This document shows, in pieces, positions 37,058 through 50,830 of a DNA stretch of 64,000 nucleotides. The translations under genes and the position numbers were made by a program. The DNA is taken from positions 24,800,001 to 24,864,000 of the forward strand of contig NC_043006.1 of NCBI RefSeq assembly GCF_006345805.1, written 5' to 3'. The stretch is from Octopus sinensis. Its lineage: Eukaryota. Within the stretch, counting starts at the first letter, position 1. The number at the start of each line of letters is the position of its first letter. The notes under the pieces were generated by a model. The model made no database searches. It was not told the origin of the DNA and worked only from the letters and a program-made list of their open reading frames with translations.

Positions 37058-37278
37058 CCCTTTCGCTACCAACCCGGCTGAAACTGGCTCTGGCTCTGTA
37101 GTACAAATGTCTTGTTTTCATAAGTTTTGAATTAAAATCTTCCACCAAACCTTAGTCACAATTTATGTTCCTAACACTAGCTGAATGATATCTAAATTGT
37201 TTTACTAAATTCTTTGTTATATTTAAAGTAATTGAAAGAAATACAGAACATTTCAAAATAATTACAGTTACGAAAGGG
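37058..37278 (+). mobile_element. piggyBac-type MITE (221 bp)
   Basis: TTAA on both sides; termini CCCTTTCGCTAC / GTTACGAAAGGG. Confidence 0.88.
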
Positions 37279-37404
37279 TTAAGCTTGACTGATTTGCAGT
37301 CAACAACTTTGATTCATCAGTTGTGTGGTTGTTGAATATCATGGTTAGTGTTTTTGTTTACATCAGTCATTGAATATAAAGTAAAATAGAGGCTAGTTTT
37401 TTAA

Positions 37405-40034
37405 TCCCTTTCCTAGCAATGGCGAGATGTCTTGTTTTTGCATGTTTGACCTTTTTCAGAGTTGGACGAAATATCTCATCTAAAAGTTATTCTCTCAAAT
37501 AATGGCTGGGACAGAATATCTCGTCTAACTCAACTCTTCTACAGCGCTTTTCAGGCATAAACAAGTATGTTTGTCCTAGTCATGTCTGGTAGTACATCCC
37601 ACAATTTATGCTCCACTTCGGTCATGTGACTCATGTCTTACATTATTGCACTTACCAGTCATTCATCTAAGGACCCATTTTGCATTTTTGCTTTTTATTT
37701 TTGAAATTAGCAGCAACAGTGAAATTGATGATATGGAATTTGCTAATCTTGACCCCTCAGATTGTAGTGCAAGTGAATCAGATCTGGAAGTTATTCTCTC
37801 AGATGACGATGATGATGATAATGATAGTAATGATGATGCCTTACTTGCTGCTAGGCAATGGTATCAGCTTCCTGTTAGAAATAATCTTGTGCCTGCTCTT
37901 CCACTATTCCTTTCACTGGAGACCCAGGAATATTAGTTGATCTGAAGTGACTCCTCTTGATTTTTTTCCCTTTATTTTGATGATGATTTAGTTGACTGTT
38001 TGCAGTGAGACAGATTTGCACAACAAACTTCACCTAGAGATAAGAATTGGCTCCCTGTTACAGATAGGGAAATGCATTTATTTTCTGCTGTGAACATGCT
38101 TGGCGGTATTATAAAGGCACCAGATTTGGAAATGTACTCATCAAAGCATCCTCTTCTTGAACAGCCAGTTTATGGAATTGTCATGTCTCTGAAACAATTT
38201 TGTAAGATAAAACAATATCTACATTTTGTTGGTAATGATTCTTATGATGAAGCAAGTCACCCAACTCCTAAGTTGCATAAAATACATGATATATACTCTA
38301 AGCTAAGTTCTAGAGTTTGTACATTCCAAAATGAGACATTTCTATTGATGAGAGCCTCATATTATACAAAGGAAGATTGGGTTGGGTTCAATATTTACTC
38401 TTGAAGAGGAATAGATTTAGAGTTAAATATTTCATGTTATGTGAATCTGACACAGGCTATGTGTGGAAATTTTTGATTTATTGTGGAAAGGGAATTCAAA
38501 TTGGCAACAAATATCAAGAAATTACTATAGCACCACGAATAGTGATGAATCTTGTGGAACCTTTGCTGAGAAAAGGATATCATGAACAATTTTTATGCTT
38601 ATTTAGAACTAGCAGATATTTCAGTAGCTAATTACACAGATTTTCTAGGAACAATACGTCTCACAAGAAAGGATTCGCCAAAAGAAATCAAGCAAGCAAA
38701 GCTTAAACAAAGGTGAAATTTGTGCTTTTCAAAGAGGAAAGGGGATGGCACTAAAATGAAAGAATAAAAAAGATGTTAGTATGATCTCTACCATTCATAA
38801 TCCATCTATGATAGATGTAAGCATTCCAAGGAAACAGATAATAAAGCCACAAGTGGTTTATGATTACAATTTCACTATGGGTGGAGTCAACAAACTCGAC
38901 TGGCATTTGGTTGATTATCCCATACCCTGAAAACGTGAAAAGAGGTATTACAAGAAGGTGTTTTTTCACATGATGGACTTGGCAGTGTGGAATTCATACA
39001 TACTTTATAAAAGATCATTGACACAAATAAATGGAGCCACAGCAAAACCAATGTCTCATATGAAATATAGACTTGTACTTATCAATTCCCTCTTCAAAGA
39101 AAATCATGTTATGTTCATCGTTGACGAGCTGGAAGACCATCTTCATCTCACCCTACTCAGTACTCACCTGGACATTTTCCCATGAATATTCCTCCTACAG
39201 AAAAAAAGAAATTTCCCACAAGAAAGAGTGTGTATTGTGCAATAAACGGGATGTAAAATTTGCAAAGTTCCATTATGTGTAACTCCATGTTTTGAAACAT
39301 TTCATTCAAAGTAGCCATGTAATGAAGAGAAGTACCACAAGTAAAGCGAGTAATCTTTCTTTGCTTTTATTTTATCCCTTCCTTTTAATTAAAACAGTCT
39401 TTACAAGTTTTCAATTTATTTATTGTTTTTTTTTTTTACAGAAGATGAGATATCTTGTTCTTGCTTACATATGCTAATGATAACATATATATTTACATGA
39501 ATATATACAATATTTAAATTCTAATACTTTCCTGAGCAACAACTTAAAATATACTATAACATAAGTAAGAAAAAAATTCTATAGGCGCAGGAGTGGCTGT
39601 GTGGTAAGTTGCTTGCTAACCAACCACATGGTTCCGGGTTCGGTCCCACTGCGTGGCATCTTGGGAAAGTGTCTTCTGCTATAGCCCCGGGCCGACCAAT
39701 GCCTTGTGAGTGGATTTGGTAGACAGAAACTGAAAGAAGCCTGTCGTATATATGTATATATATATATGTGTGTGTTTGTGTGTCTGTGTTTGTCCCCCTA
39801 GTATTGCTTGACAATCGATGCTGGTGTGTTTACGTCCCCGTTACTTAGCGGTTCGGCAAAAAAGAGACCGATAGAATAAGTACTGGGCTTACAAAGAATA
39901 AGTCCCGGGGTCGATTTGCTCGACTAAAGGTAGTGCTCCAGCATGGCCACAGTCAAATGACTGAAACAAGTAAAGGAGTAAAGAGTATTTGGTTTTGCGT
40001 AGTTTTTCTTTTCAAAAATCCGTTGGGTAAGGGG
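37405..40034 (+). mobile_element. piggyBac fossil (PGBD4-like DDE transposase, frameshifted)
   Basis: TTAA at 37401-37404 and 40035-40038 with decayed CCC/GGG termini; acidic N-terminus; IDESLILYKGRLGWVQY..KRNRF..FMLCESDTGY; DYNFTMGGVNKLD; Cys-rich C-terminus. Second and third catalytic Asp appear replaced by Asn. Confidence 0.85.
39584..39985 (+). mobile_element. SINE family B inserted in the piggyBac 3' region
   Basis: Matches 30176-30580. Confidence 0.88.
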
Positions 40035-40616
40035 TTAATGATTTTATCAATCAATTTGTAAAGTTGGAAATTTATGCTTTGGAAATAACAAATCCTAGAT
40101 TCAAATTGAGACAGAGCTCTGCTATAAACCTAACAAACAATTTGTTTGTTAGCTACCTTAATGCTCATATTTTCAGCTTGTTAGCTTTCTCTCATAAAGT
40201 GAATCAAATATACATATCTTTCTGTTTGAAAAATGCTTGTTCATAGCAAATGTATTTATGGCTCTTTCTGCATGGATATATCAATTAGAATAGATTATTT
40301 ACTCATGCGTATTTATTAGTCAACAGCTTGAATATGTTTGAAACATATATAAACTTACTAAATGTCTTTTTCTAAGGTATAGTATAAAATAGCCCACTTT
40401 TCATCTCCTTTGTTAATTCTACAATGTAAATGGTATTTTTCTCTAGTTCTTTTAGTATCAAGAACTGCATAGTAGTAAAGTGTATTATTAGATAGCTTAA
40501 CATGATGACAATATAGTTTATAGCACAATCTGTAGAGTGCCCAAAAGTGTTATGGTATTCAGATGCTCAAATCACGTTCATGTAGACCTTGTTTTTTATC
40601 TTTCTTTGTATTATAG

Positions 40617-40639
40617 ATGTGTGTCAATCAAGTTCTGGG
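40617..40639 (+). CDS. Candidate 23-nt micro-exon (xCVSIKFW-G)
   Basis: Long polypyrimidine tract + ttatag acceptor; GG|gtcagt donor. Confidence 0.25.
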
Positions 40640-40725
40640 GTCAGTCTTATTTATACTCTCTCCTAAATATCAGGCTTTGTACGTATGTCAGAACTCATTA
40701 TTAGACATTTCATCAGCCCTCTTAA

Positions 40726-40946
40726 CCCTTTCGTAACCACATTTATTTTGAGATGCTCTGTGTTTCTTTCAATTATTTTAAATATAACAAAGAATTTAGT
40801 AAAATAACTTAGTTATCATTTAGCGAGTTTTAGGAACATAAATTGTGACTAAGGTTTGGTGGAAGATTTTGATTCAGAACTTATGAAAACAAGACATTTG
40901 TATTACAGAGCCAGTGCCGGTTTCAGCCGGGTTGGTAACGAAAGGG
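40726..40946 (-). mobile_element. piggyBac-type MITE, second copy (inverted relative to 37058)
   Basis: TTAA flanks, same termini, 221 bp, reverse-complement similarity throughout. Confidence 0.88.
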
Positions 40947-41148
40947 TTAAGTGCTATTTCCTGTGATAACAATTATAACTGTAATTCTGTAAATAGTGCA
41001 TTAACATAAGTAACTGAAGTTATTTAGTCCATAGTTACTATTTGCAAGTTAGGACATGTAGTGAGCTGTGTATTTTTGTTTACACTTTTATGAAGAAAAT
41101 AATTTACAACAGGAGAGTATTGTAGTTTGCTTGAAGCATTGTATATAG

Positions 41149-42450
41149 TTTGTGAAATATAACATGTCTTGAATGGCTCAACAATGCAGAGTGGACTATA
41201 ATAACTGTTATAATTTAATTATTCATAGTTTGATATAACATTTTGGAATATAAAAATTCCTTCTTCAGATATTACTAGGAATTGATCAAGTCACTGCTAT
41301 AATTGGTTTTCCAATGGTTACTGAAATTTTTTTTCTTCTTTGTAGTGGTCTTATAAAGCTTCTTCCGCAATTCCTCATGAGAAGTGCATGAGAGCAGCCA
41401 TGTCTCAAGCTTGTGTGTGTTGGCATATCTGCAGTGCTGCTTCTAAGTTATGTATTATACGTGTAGTTTTTTTAATTTTTATTATACATGAGCATGTTAT
41501 CAGAAATCGGCTTAAGTACTCAAGACAACAGACATGCCGAACACACAGAAAACCCAGCAACACATGCTTCCTTAAAATACCCTATTTTAGCGAGAGAATA
41601 ACTACAGCCATCCAAAGAGCCATAAGAAGAGAAGGACTAGACATACAACTAGCCCACTCCAGCCCCTCTCTGAGAAGACACCTAGCAAAGAAATGAGCAA
41701 GGGACAGCAACCAATGCACACTAGCTAACTGCCCCATCCGTGACACAGATTTATGTCAATGGGTAAATGTTGTGTATAGAATACAATGTAACAAATGCAA
41801 CAAGTTCTATGTGGGTAGCACAAGAAGACCATTACACATTCGCATCAAAGAACATCTAGACACACAAGCCTCCTCCTTCAGAAAACATCTAAACAGATGC
41901 CAGAACACTGACAAAAGCATAACAGTCACAATTGAGACCAATGACAGAAATTTGGGAAATCTAAGAATTAAGGAAGCTATCCTCATAGACAGATTAAGGC
42001 CCTAAATTAACAACAGGCTGGAAATTTAGCAATTAATCTATTATTTAGCTACATCTGGATGTGTGTAAGTTCATTTCTGATAACATGCTAATGTATTGTA
42101 AAAAAAAAAAAAAAAAAAAAAAACTGCCCGTATAATATATAACTTAGAAGCAATGCTGCAGATATGCCAATACACATGAGCTTGAGATGTGGCTGCCCTC
42201 ATGCACTTCTCATGAGGAATTCTGGAAGGAGCGCTTCATGAGACCACTACAGAGACACTTCTGAAAGAAAAAGATTCAGTAACTGTTGGAAAACTGATAG
42301 TGGCAGTGACTTGATCAATTCCTAGTGATAACTGAAAAAGGAATTTTTATATTCTAAAATATTACATCAGACTATGAATAATTAAATTATAACAGTTATT
42401 ATAGTCCACTCTGCATTGTTGTGCCATTCAAGACATGTTATATTTCACAG
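41149..42450 (+). mobile_element. Penelope-like element 3' remnant: GIY-YIG endonuclease between inverted ~320-bp terminal repeats
   Basis: FLKIPYFSERIT.. and VYRIQCNKCNKFYVGSTRRPLHIRIKEH..LRIKEAILIDRLRP; 41149-41470 is the inverted copy of ~42120-42450. Confidence 0.85.
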
Positions 42451-42520
42451 TTTGCAATAGTTTTAACTCTTCTTTTTAGATAATCTTCGTTAAATATTTG
42501 TTTCTTTTTGAATCTCATAG

Positions 42521-42552
42521 AACAAGAGAAAAGATCCTACCAAACTGAGTTT
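42521..42552 (+). CDS. Candidate 32-nt micro-exon (EQEKRSYQTEF)
   Basis: tttctttttgaatctcatag acceptor; TT|gtgagc donor; purine-rich body. Confidence 0.3.
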
Positions 42553-44071
42553 GTGAGCAAGTGTCAGTGTAACGTCACTTGATCGAATTTTCTTTATTGT
42601 TATAGACTCATGATCTCATGTCTAATTTTCTGCTGAATCCTCATGTAGATTATGGCATATGTAAGTTGCACATTCAATTAAGTGCCAAAATGATATGAAG
42701 AATGTAGATTAGTAAGTTTCTTATATTGTTTTTCTCTTTTTTGTTAATTAATTGTGTTATGTTTGTTCTGTTGCAATGTTTAATGAGGAAAATAATCCAC
42801 CCTAAGATCTAAAACTTAAGCTTCTCTTGTTGCAAAGTTTCCATTTCTTTTTTTTATTATGTAATAGAATCAGTATTTTCTAAACTTTAGGGTCTGTCTT
42901 CTATATCCCTTTGCCTCTTGCACACACACACACACACCACACACACACACATACACACGTAACCTTATACACACACACACATCCTTACCTGAAAAAGTGT
43001 GAAGAAACAGCTATATTCCTAAGAGGATCTTAATGGGTTAGGAAAGTTAATCTACTTCTGGGAATTTTTTTAATTGCATTTTTCTTTTTATTCGAGAGAA
43101 AACACCTGCCAGATTATATGGGAAAATGGTGATTTAAGCAAAAAGCATGTTAATTACTTTTCTATGGTAAATCCTCTTTATTCAGTACTATTTAGAAATC
43201 TCCTTTTCTTGTTTTCTCAGAGAATTTCATCTAAGTTATTTGGAAGGTGTAGAACTAGTTTCATTTCTAACTCTCTTTACCTCATTTCCACTCCATTTTA
43301 CTTCATTTTACTCATCAACTGTACAAACTACCATTGGCTCCCACAGCCTCAGTATTTTTTTTTCCTTCAAAAGCTTTTCCTCTTCAGATATTTTTTAACC
43401 TTTAAAATAATATTTTTCAGTATTGTTAATTAGCTATGTTAATAGAAATTAGCCAGTGTGAGTTTTTCTTTGTTTATGTTTTAATTCCTCCAAATTATTT
43501 TATCTTCTAATCACCACATCTGGAATTGTTTCAAAGAATGATGTAAGATAAATGCCTATAGAGATTTCAGCTTCAAATTATATTTGTCATCATAATGATT
43601 CTGTTGCTTAGTGTTTCTTCTTTATCAGTTTCCTACATGTGACCTTTTTCATTTTTAATTAAGAAAATACTTCAGGGAGGGATAATAAAAAAGTTTGTAG
43701 ATGCTTTCATGGTTTCTTTTTTCATTTCTCTTCATTTAATACAAGCTGTGGTAATGGAATAATTAATGTATCATACAGAAGAAAAAAAAAATTAAACTGA
43801 ATTAATTTGTTATAGAACAACCTGTAAAGACCCTATCTTGTATGTGGTTTAGAAGACCAAGAAATAGGAATCAAAAGACAGAAATATATTTAATGAAATA
43901 TAATAATAATGATAGATACTGGACCTTATTGTCAGGTTTGATTAGCTAAAATCAGCCTTGTATATTATAATAGTTATTTTATTAACCCAATGAGAATGGA
44001 CCCCTAATTTCATCTAGTATGAGCTAAAGTCAGGAAAAGCAATTCCTTTCTAGTCAATTGTCTACCTTCCA

Positions 44072-44110
<39 letters not shown>

Positions 44111-44528
44111 ACACAGGTGTAATAATGATATTGAATACTGCAGATTTGGTAAGATGTTTTTGAGCAGCTGCCATGACTGTAAAACTAGAACTATCACATG
44201 AATATTTGAGATGACTGCCAAAAATAAAATTAGGTTGTTTTAAGCTTCTGCTCACATTTTGCTATAAACATTCTACCGGTAGAAAATGAGAAATTGCTGT
44301 ACATCTAGATAATCGTATTTACTCCACAAAAAGTTCATTTTTCAAGAAGCAACTTTCTGTTTTGATACAATTTATCATTGTTTTTACTAAAATGGCTATT
44401 ACTCATATATGAAAATTAGTGTGCAAAAGAAGTCCAAATTAAAAATGGAAAGCCATTATTATCTGTTAATAGTTTCCAGATTTAGTTCATTTATTGATAA
44501 TTGGTTGATAAGAAATATATTTCTGTAT

Positions 44529-45350
44529 ATAAGGGTGCATGTGATCTAATTAAAACATTATCATACAAGGTTTTCAGGCTAAATTTGACAATTTGCATAA
44601 AAGAAAAACAAAACACAGTATCCCATCCAAAAATAAAGCTCTGGAACCTGGTGCATGTATTCATCTTTGAACATCTTTAGCTTGGTCACTAACTTGGCCT
44701 TGGTGTTGCAGGCAGAAAGGTTGGTGTCTTTTTCAACCACATCCCTCACATAGTAATCCATGAGATTATTATTGGGGGAATTAGGAGGCCAGAAATTGGG
44801 GTTGCTGAAGTCATAGTAATTATCTGACAACCACTTCTGATGCTTGCTAGAGGTATGGCAAGGAACTGAATCCTGTTGCTACACCTATGGCCTTTTAGCA
44901 GCTACTCTCTCAAGCCAGGGTTTGACCACAATCTCTAGCAGCTTCACATAGCTGTCTGAATTGAGTCTCAGATCCTGCTCAAAGATGTAGGGGTGAATTC
45001 TGGCATTTGGACACAATCAAAACACCTTTTGTGTCCCTTCCTGCTGGCTACAGCTTCATAGTCTCTATTGCAGCTGTCCATGTCACATCTTACAGCCTTT
45101 ACAGTGTTTACAGAGCATTGGGCAGCAGTTATGATGTCAACATTTTGATACCCAGTATGAATCATCATGATATAGACAACTCTTTTCCAATATTTAGATG
45201 GATTCCAGTCCTCGATGTCAGTTAACTTTTTGTCAGCTACAACTTCAATCCTTATGCTCTTCCACACCACTGACTATTAACTAACACATCATGCTGTTCC
45301 TGAAAAAAAAGGCATAAAAAAATCATCACATTTATCCTGAATACTCTGTA
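44529..45350 (-). mobile_element. Tc1/mariner-superfamily fossil (WPPNSP type), internally deleted
   Basis: NFWPPNSPNNNLMDYYVRDVVE (decayed WPPNSPDLNPMDY.VW); N-terminal HTH-like segment; weak TA-flanked inverted termini. Confidence 0.65.
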
Positions 45351-48300
45351 TATTGAAGTTCCAATATAGCCTTTCTTTAAAGTTTCATGTCAACTAAGTA
45401 TTTTCAGGTGGTATGGCAATGAAGTACACTGCTTTGCTTAGTTTATATAGAGTGTTATGTGCTCAACAATTGACCTTTGTCCTGATATGTACCTTCATAA
45501 AGTTGCAGTGTATTTTTTCTCTTTTTCCTGTACATTAGGGTGAGTTTATGATTGAAGAATAAGTTCTGGAAACTAACTCTGCTCAATGTTTTAATTATTC
45601 TTAGACTTTAAAGACAACAGTTTTTGTTAAACATTTCCACACTAAGTGAAATTTTTTTTAACCACATTTAAAGGCCTGACTCTTGCTGTCATTAAAGCTC
45701 TGAGATTTAGATTTTATAATTTTGTTAGCATTCCTTTATTTCAAGATTTCCTAGTTTTGAAACATATAAGATCTTCCATGTTTTGTCATCTCAGTGAAGT
45801 AATTTTCATATTGGTTGTACCTTTTTGTTGTCAACTGAGTTATAGGAACACCGTTTTTTTTTCTCATTTGACATCGCCAAACTTAAAACTTTTTTGATAT
45901 TGTTGGTTTCAAGTTTCTTTCAGCAGTTAGGTTGTTTTGTGATAGTTTTTCAGATTTACTAACGATTTCTTATCTAGAATTATTTTATATTTGTAATGTC
46001 ACAAAAGTCATATACTGTAGTGAATTCTGACAGCAGTTTGGAACTCAGCACCATGGCTCAACCATTTACCAGATAATGAAGAAAATATAGCACTATAGTA
46101 GTTTTAAAAAAATCCAAATTTCCCAGTATTGAATCAAAAATACTTTGTTCCTTGATTCTTCTCTGAAGCAGAATGGAAAGAACAGCAGTCACTACTATTT
46201 ACTCCCACAAGGATTTAATAGCAAAACAGTATTAATCCATTGACAGAATTCAAATATATTCTTACAAATTAAATACTACAGGTAAGAAAATAGACAAAGT
46301 CTCTGAAAAATTTACAACTGTAGAACTATATTTCTATTATAGATAGTATACTAAATAGGAAATAGTGATCCACATACACATATGAACAAGCTCTTATATA
46401 TACATCTATACTATATTGGATAAAGCTGCTAATTAATTAAGTATTTACTAAAAGTACTAAAAGAAAGCAATTATTAAAGGGTCGACTGTCTGGAAATATT
46501 TTTATAAATTCTTGTTCTTAGAAATTTCCTATAATTTCAATTTCTTAAGTTCATTGAATTTTTTAACTCCAATTTCTCACATATTTAAATATTCATTGTG
46601 TCCAATTCATCACAAATTTAAATATTCATTGCATTCACTGCAGAGTGTTCCATTTTCATTTGCAATGTCTCTCACTTTCTCTTTTAAGTTTTAATTCGCT
46701 ATTAATGAATATATAATGTAAAAACATTATTTATTCAATGAAAATTTTTTTAAATACCTGTATATTTTTGAATGTGGGATAGCTGTGAGAAGAGCCTAGA
46801 AAGTTGGGGGTAATTACTATTAGAAGACGAGGAGAAAAAAGCAAAAAGTTACTGACAAGTACTCGAAACTTGCATCTTGTTCACAGTTTCCAAACACAAC
46901 TACAACAGTGACACACGCAAACACCAATACACATTCATGCATGCACATACACACAAATGCAAGGCAATGTGTGTGTGTGTATGTGTGTGTGTGTGTGGTG
47001 TGTGTGTGTGTGTGTGGTGTGTGTGTGTGTGTGTGTGTGTGTATGTCTGCTGTTCACTGACAAAACTTCGTACTGCATCACTTTTGTGAAGTTTTGTCAG
47101 GTCGTGGTTTCAAAGTGATGAAATATTTTGACATAAATAAAGTTTTAATGTTGAAGTGAAACTTACAGTATTTGTGTGTTCTTGAATGGTTTACAAACAT
47201 CTTCCACACTGCAATTGTTTTTGTTTCAGCACATGATCTCAGATCAAGTTACTTGCTATGCAAGTACACCTCTGTAATTTTTAAAAATCACTGTGGATAA
47301 ATGCTAGCAATGACCTTCTCAGGTTCTCTAAACAGAAACAATCGGGGATAGGATGTGGGGTTGCAAAAAATTCATATTTTCTCAAATTTTCTTTTTCATA
47401 GCATATAAATGTATTTATGTAGAAAAAATATTGAAAAACATTAATACACATGAGAGTGATAAAGAAACGAGGAGGATTTCTTTGGATGTGCCAGAAACAA
47501 CAGCCAAATCGCCCTTAAATCACTTTTCCCTCTGAAAATATTAACAATCTTTAAAAATTTTTTACTGAAAATGCTCTTCCCATGGTTTTGAAGTGCAAAA
47601 AAAAAATTGGCCAAAATAGGTCCTGAGTAGGATGATGAGGGAGGGGTGTAAAGAAAAAGAGTTTTCGAAGCTTTTTCCATACAAAAACACCTCCCCCCAC
47701 AACCACGTCATTTCGAATGCTGTGGCTTTAAAAAAATGGTGAAAATCCCTGAAAAAATTGCTACCCACAAATTTTTTCATATCTATGCTGTTTGAAAGGG
47801 ATCTGTATAAATTTTCATTAAAAGATACCAATCTTCCTGAAAGTTATGAGGGGTAAAAAGTCAAATCATGTTAATTCTCTAAAACTCCTCTCTCCACCCC
47901 CTCGCAAAAATTCTTTCCCATAAATCCCTATATATTCTGAAGCCACAACATCTAAGCGGTATTTGTAGAAAATTTCACTAAAAAGTATCCATTTCTCTGG
48001 ATGTTATAAAGCAACAAAGTTGGGGGCATATACATCTGTAGTAATACCCTTTTATTTATACGATTTTTTCATTTCATGTTTATTTCATTTATTGTTTGCA
48101 ATGCTCTTTCTCTCTCTCTCACACACACACTGCAAAGCTTACAGATGAAATGCTGAATTGAAATATCTATGTTGCTTTGAGAGGAAAGTAAAACTTGACA
48201 AGCTACTTCTCTCTCTCTGTTGTTGGACTACCATGATGTTTGTTTAAAAAAGAGAGATTATGACTGTGATAAAATAATGAAAGCAATACTTACTAAGCAA

Positions 48301-48479
48301 GTGAGCACTATTATACAAAGAAATAATTAGATGTAAAATATAAAGATTATTAGTAATGGGAATCAAATGTGAAAATATTATCAAGGGGCTTGCAGAAAAC
48401 TGCCCTGAGGGCGACCTTTCTGCTAGTAGGTGTAATGTATAATTTCTAATATATGTATATGTACAATATATTATGTATA

Positions 48480-49355
48480 TGAGATGGTATCAAAGAGGTT
48501 CCGGATTAGTTATGTTTAATAGAAAAATAACTTAATTACTTGAGTTTTAATATCATCTCCTTCCTGCCAATTTTGTAATCTGACCTGGAAGTCATTTTCT
48601 GTTAACAGATTGAGAACATTCTGCAATTCTCCCTTGATCTCAACAGTGGTGTTAAAAGGTGATCTCTGAGCTGCATTTTCCTCTTAGGGAAGAGATGGAA
48701 GTCTGCAGATGCTAATTCTGGTGAATAGGGTGGGTGCAAAAGCAATACCATGTTGTTTTTGACAAGAAATTCATAAGTAAAGACAGCTCAATGACAGAGT
48801 GTATTGTCATCATGAAGAATCCAGTTCTTTGTGGACGTTAGGATTGTTTGCACCTATCCATATGACAGACTATCAACATCAGCAATGACATTCATTATCC
48901 TCCAATGATCCTCATCCACAAGCTGATGAATTTTCTCCACATTTCTGGGGGTAACACTCGAGGGAGGTCTTCCAGATTGCTCATCATCTTCCAGGAACAT
49001 TCTTCTGCTTTTGAAGTGCCCATGCTACTTGAAACATTGCATACAACCCAGTGCCTCATTGTCATGAGCTTACTGAAGTATGCTCAATGTGTCTGTAGCA
49101 GACTTCCTAAGTTTAATGCAAAATTTCACATTGGCTTTTTGTTCCAACTTCCTATCCATGACAAAAATTGCTGACTTCAGCATACATATGATCACAAAAA
49201 GACAAATTTCACAACTTGCAAAGTAAACACAGCAATTGTCACTTGGCACATTGCCTCATGAAGAGCACTGCTAGCTTTCACTGTGCGTGCAACTGTGTGC
49301 TGCTGTCTTTTAGCGTGCTACAGAACTAGTTTGAGAATGTTTTGATACCAACTTG
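48480..49355 (-). mobile_element. mariner fossil with terminal inverted repeats
   Basis: TA-TGAGATGGTATCAAAGAGGTTCC / GAATGTTTTGATACCAACTTG-TA; minus strand HPPYSPELASADFHLFPKR. Confidence 0.8.
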
Positions 49356-49407
49356 TACATAAAAATGTGTGTGTATGTGCCTATATGTTTGTGTGTCTGT
49401 GTGTATA

Positions 49408-49421
<14 letters not shown>

Positions 49422-49439
<18 letters not shown>

Positions 49440-50110
49440 ATAAGGGTAAATAATTATTAATTTTAAAAAAACAACAATTATTTCCGGGTATATTTCGGTA
49501 TGGAAATATAACCATTATCGGTAGGAACTTTTTAAAAAAAGTTCTATATATATATAAATAAAAGGGCAAGCAACAGATTGCTTAGCCACATACCGAAAAA
49601 TTAGAAATAGCTGTCAAAGACTGCTTATTTCTATTTTCTACAAATGTAACTCCACATACAACATATACATATGACTCACATATGTAAAACAGAAGGAAAT
49701 AATAACAAAAACAAAGTCTTCGGTTAGTTATGGACCCGTTTCTGGATTAGAATTATAAATCAATTCATTTCCTTCTTTGGCGCAACATTCCATTAAATAG
49801 ATTTTGCAAATGCTGGAGGTATGTATAGCATTTGCAAAATCTGTTTAATGGAACCGCCTTGTGGATTGCACAATGCTGTCCAGTAAAATTTGGGAACTGA
49901 AAGAAAAAAATATAGAATTTAACTTGAAATGGGATATAATAAGAAAGGCACAAACTTATAAAAATAGCAGAGATGGTTGTGAACTTTGTTCTATGGAGAC
50001 ATATGAAATTTTAAAACATAGGAATAATACAAACTTGTTGAATAACCATTCCGAACTGGGAGGATCTTGTATACATTGTGCTACCCGTATGTTTAAATAT
50101 TTTAAATAAT
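49422..50110 (+). mobile_element. Penelope-like 3' fragment with inverted terminal-repeat segment (49422-49686)
   Basis: LSSKIWELKEKNIEFNLKWDIIRKAQTY..CELCSMETYEIL..LNNHSEL..CIH; the upstream 265 bp recurs at 54525-54787. Confidence 0.7.
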
Positions 50111-50227
50111 AACATTCTGACCATTCCTAGTCAACCAAAGCTTTCGGAGTAGATTTTGGTAGATGGAAGCAGAATAAAACCAACTGTGTGTGAGTGTGTA
50201 TGTGTAGACATGCACACACACTCACAC

Positions 50228-50272
<45 letters not shown>

Positions 50273-50559
50273 CACCAATACACATACGCATACATAAATG
50301 TATACATATGTATAAGCGCATCTATATATACACATAAATACATACATACATACAAACATATACATATATACATACATGCATACTCAAGATGATGATGATA
50401 TATGTGCAATTACCCATACTTACACATACATATACGCGCGCCTGTACACATACATACAGATACATACATATAAACATACACATAAATACATATTTACACA
50501 TATATACATACATACATATACACATATATCTGCATACATACATATACATAAAACACACG

Positions 50560-50830
50560 AGCGTATTCAAAGTTATTATCAAGACATATGCTGTCATTGA
50601 TGATACCATCCCAACAATGTATGAAAAGAGCTTCTTACAAGATGTTGCTGATCAAAATTTTGCCAAATATGATGTCCCATACGAGAAAGACAAAAGCAAT
50701 TTTGAAAGGAATGATGGTAGCTATAAACAAGACAAAAGATCTCAGTTCCACTGTTGGGTTGTTTTATCGTCCATTGAACCAGTCTGACAAATATCTCCCT
50801 GTATTCTCCTTGCCATACACCGATGAAGCT
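50560..50830 (+). pseudogene. Degraded apurinic-type (APE) endonuclease fragment of a LINE
   Basis: EKSFLQDVADQNFAKYDVPYEKDKS resembles ESWL..DI.D.E....Y..YRKDR; shifted frame MMVAINK..TVGLFYRPLNQ resembles GGV.IAV..VG.FYRPP. Confidence 0.45.

Noticed and set aside
46169-46281. Exon-like segment with a strong CAG|GTAAGA donor
   Set aside because: Stops in all three frames from the good acceptor; the alternative acceptor at 46246 lacks a pyrimidine tract.
47300-48050. Probable non-autonomous DNA-element interior
   Set aside because: I could not define termini, a target-site duplication or a family.
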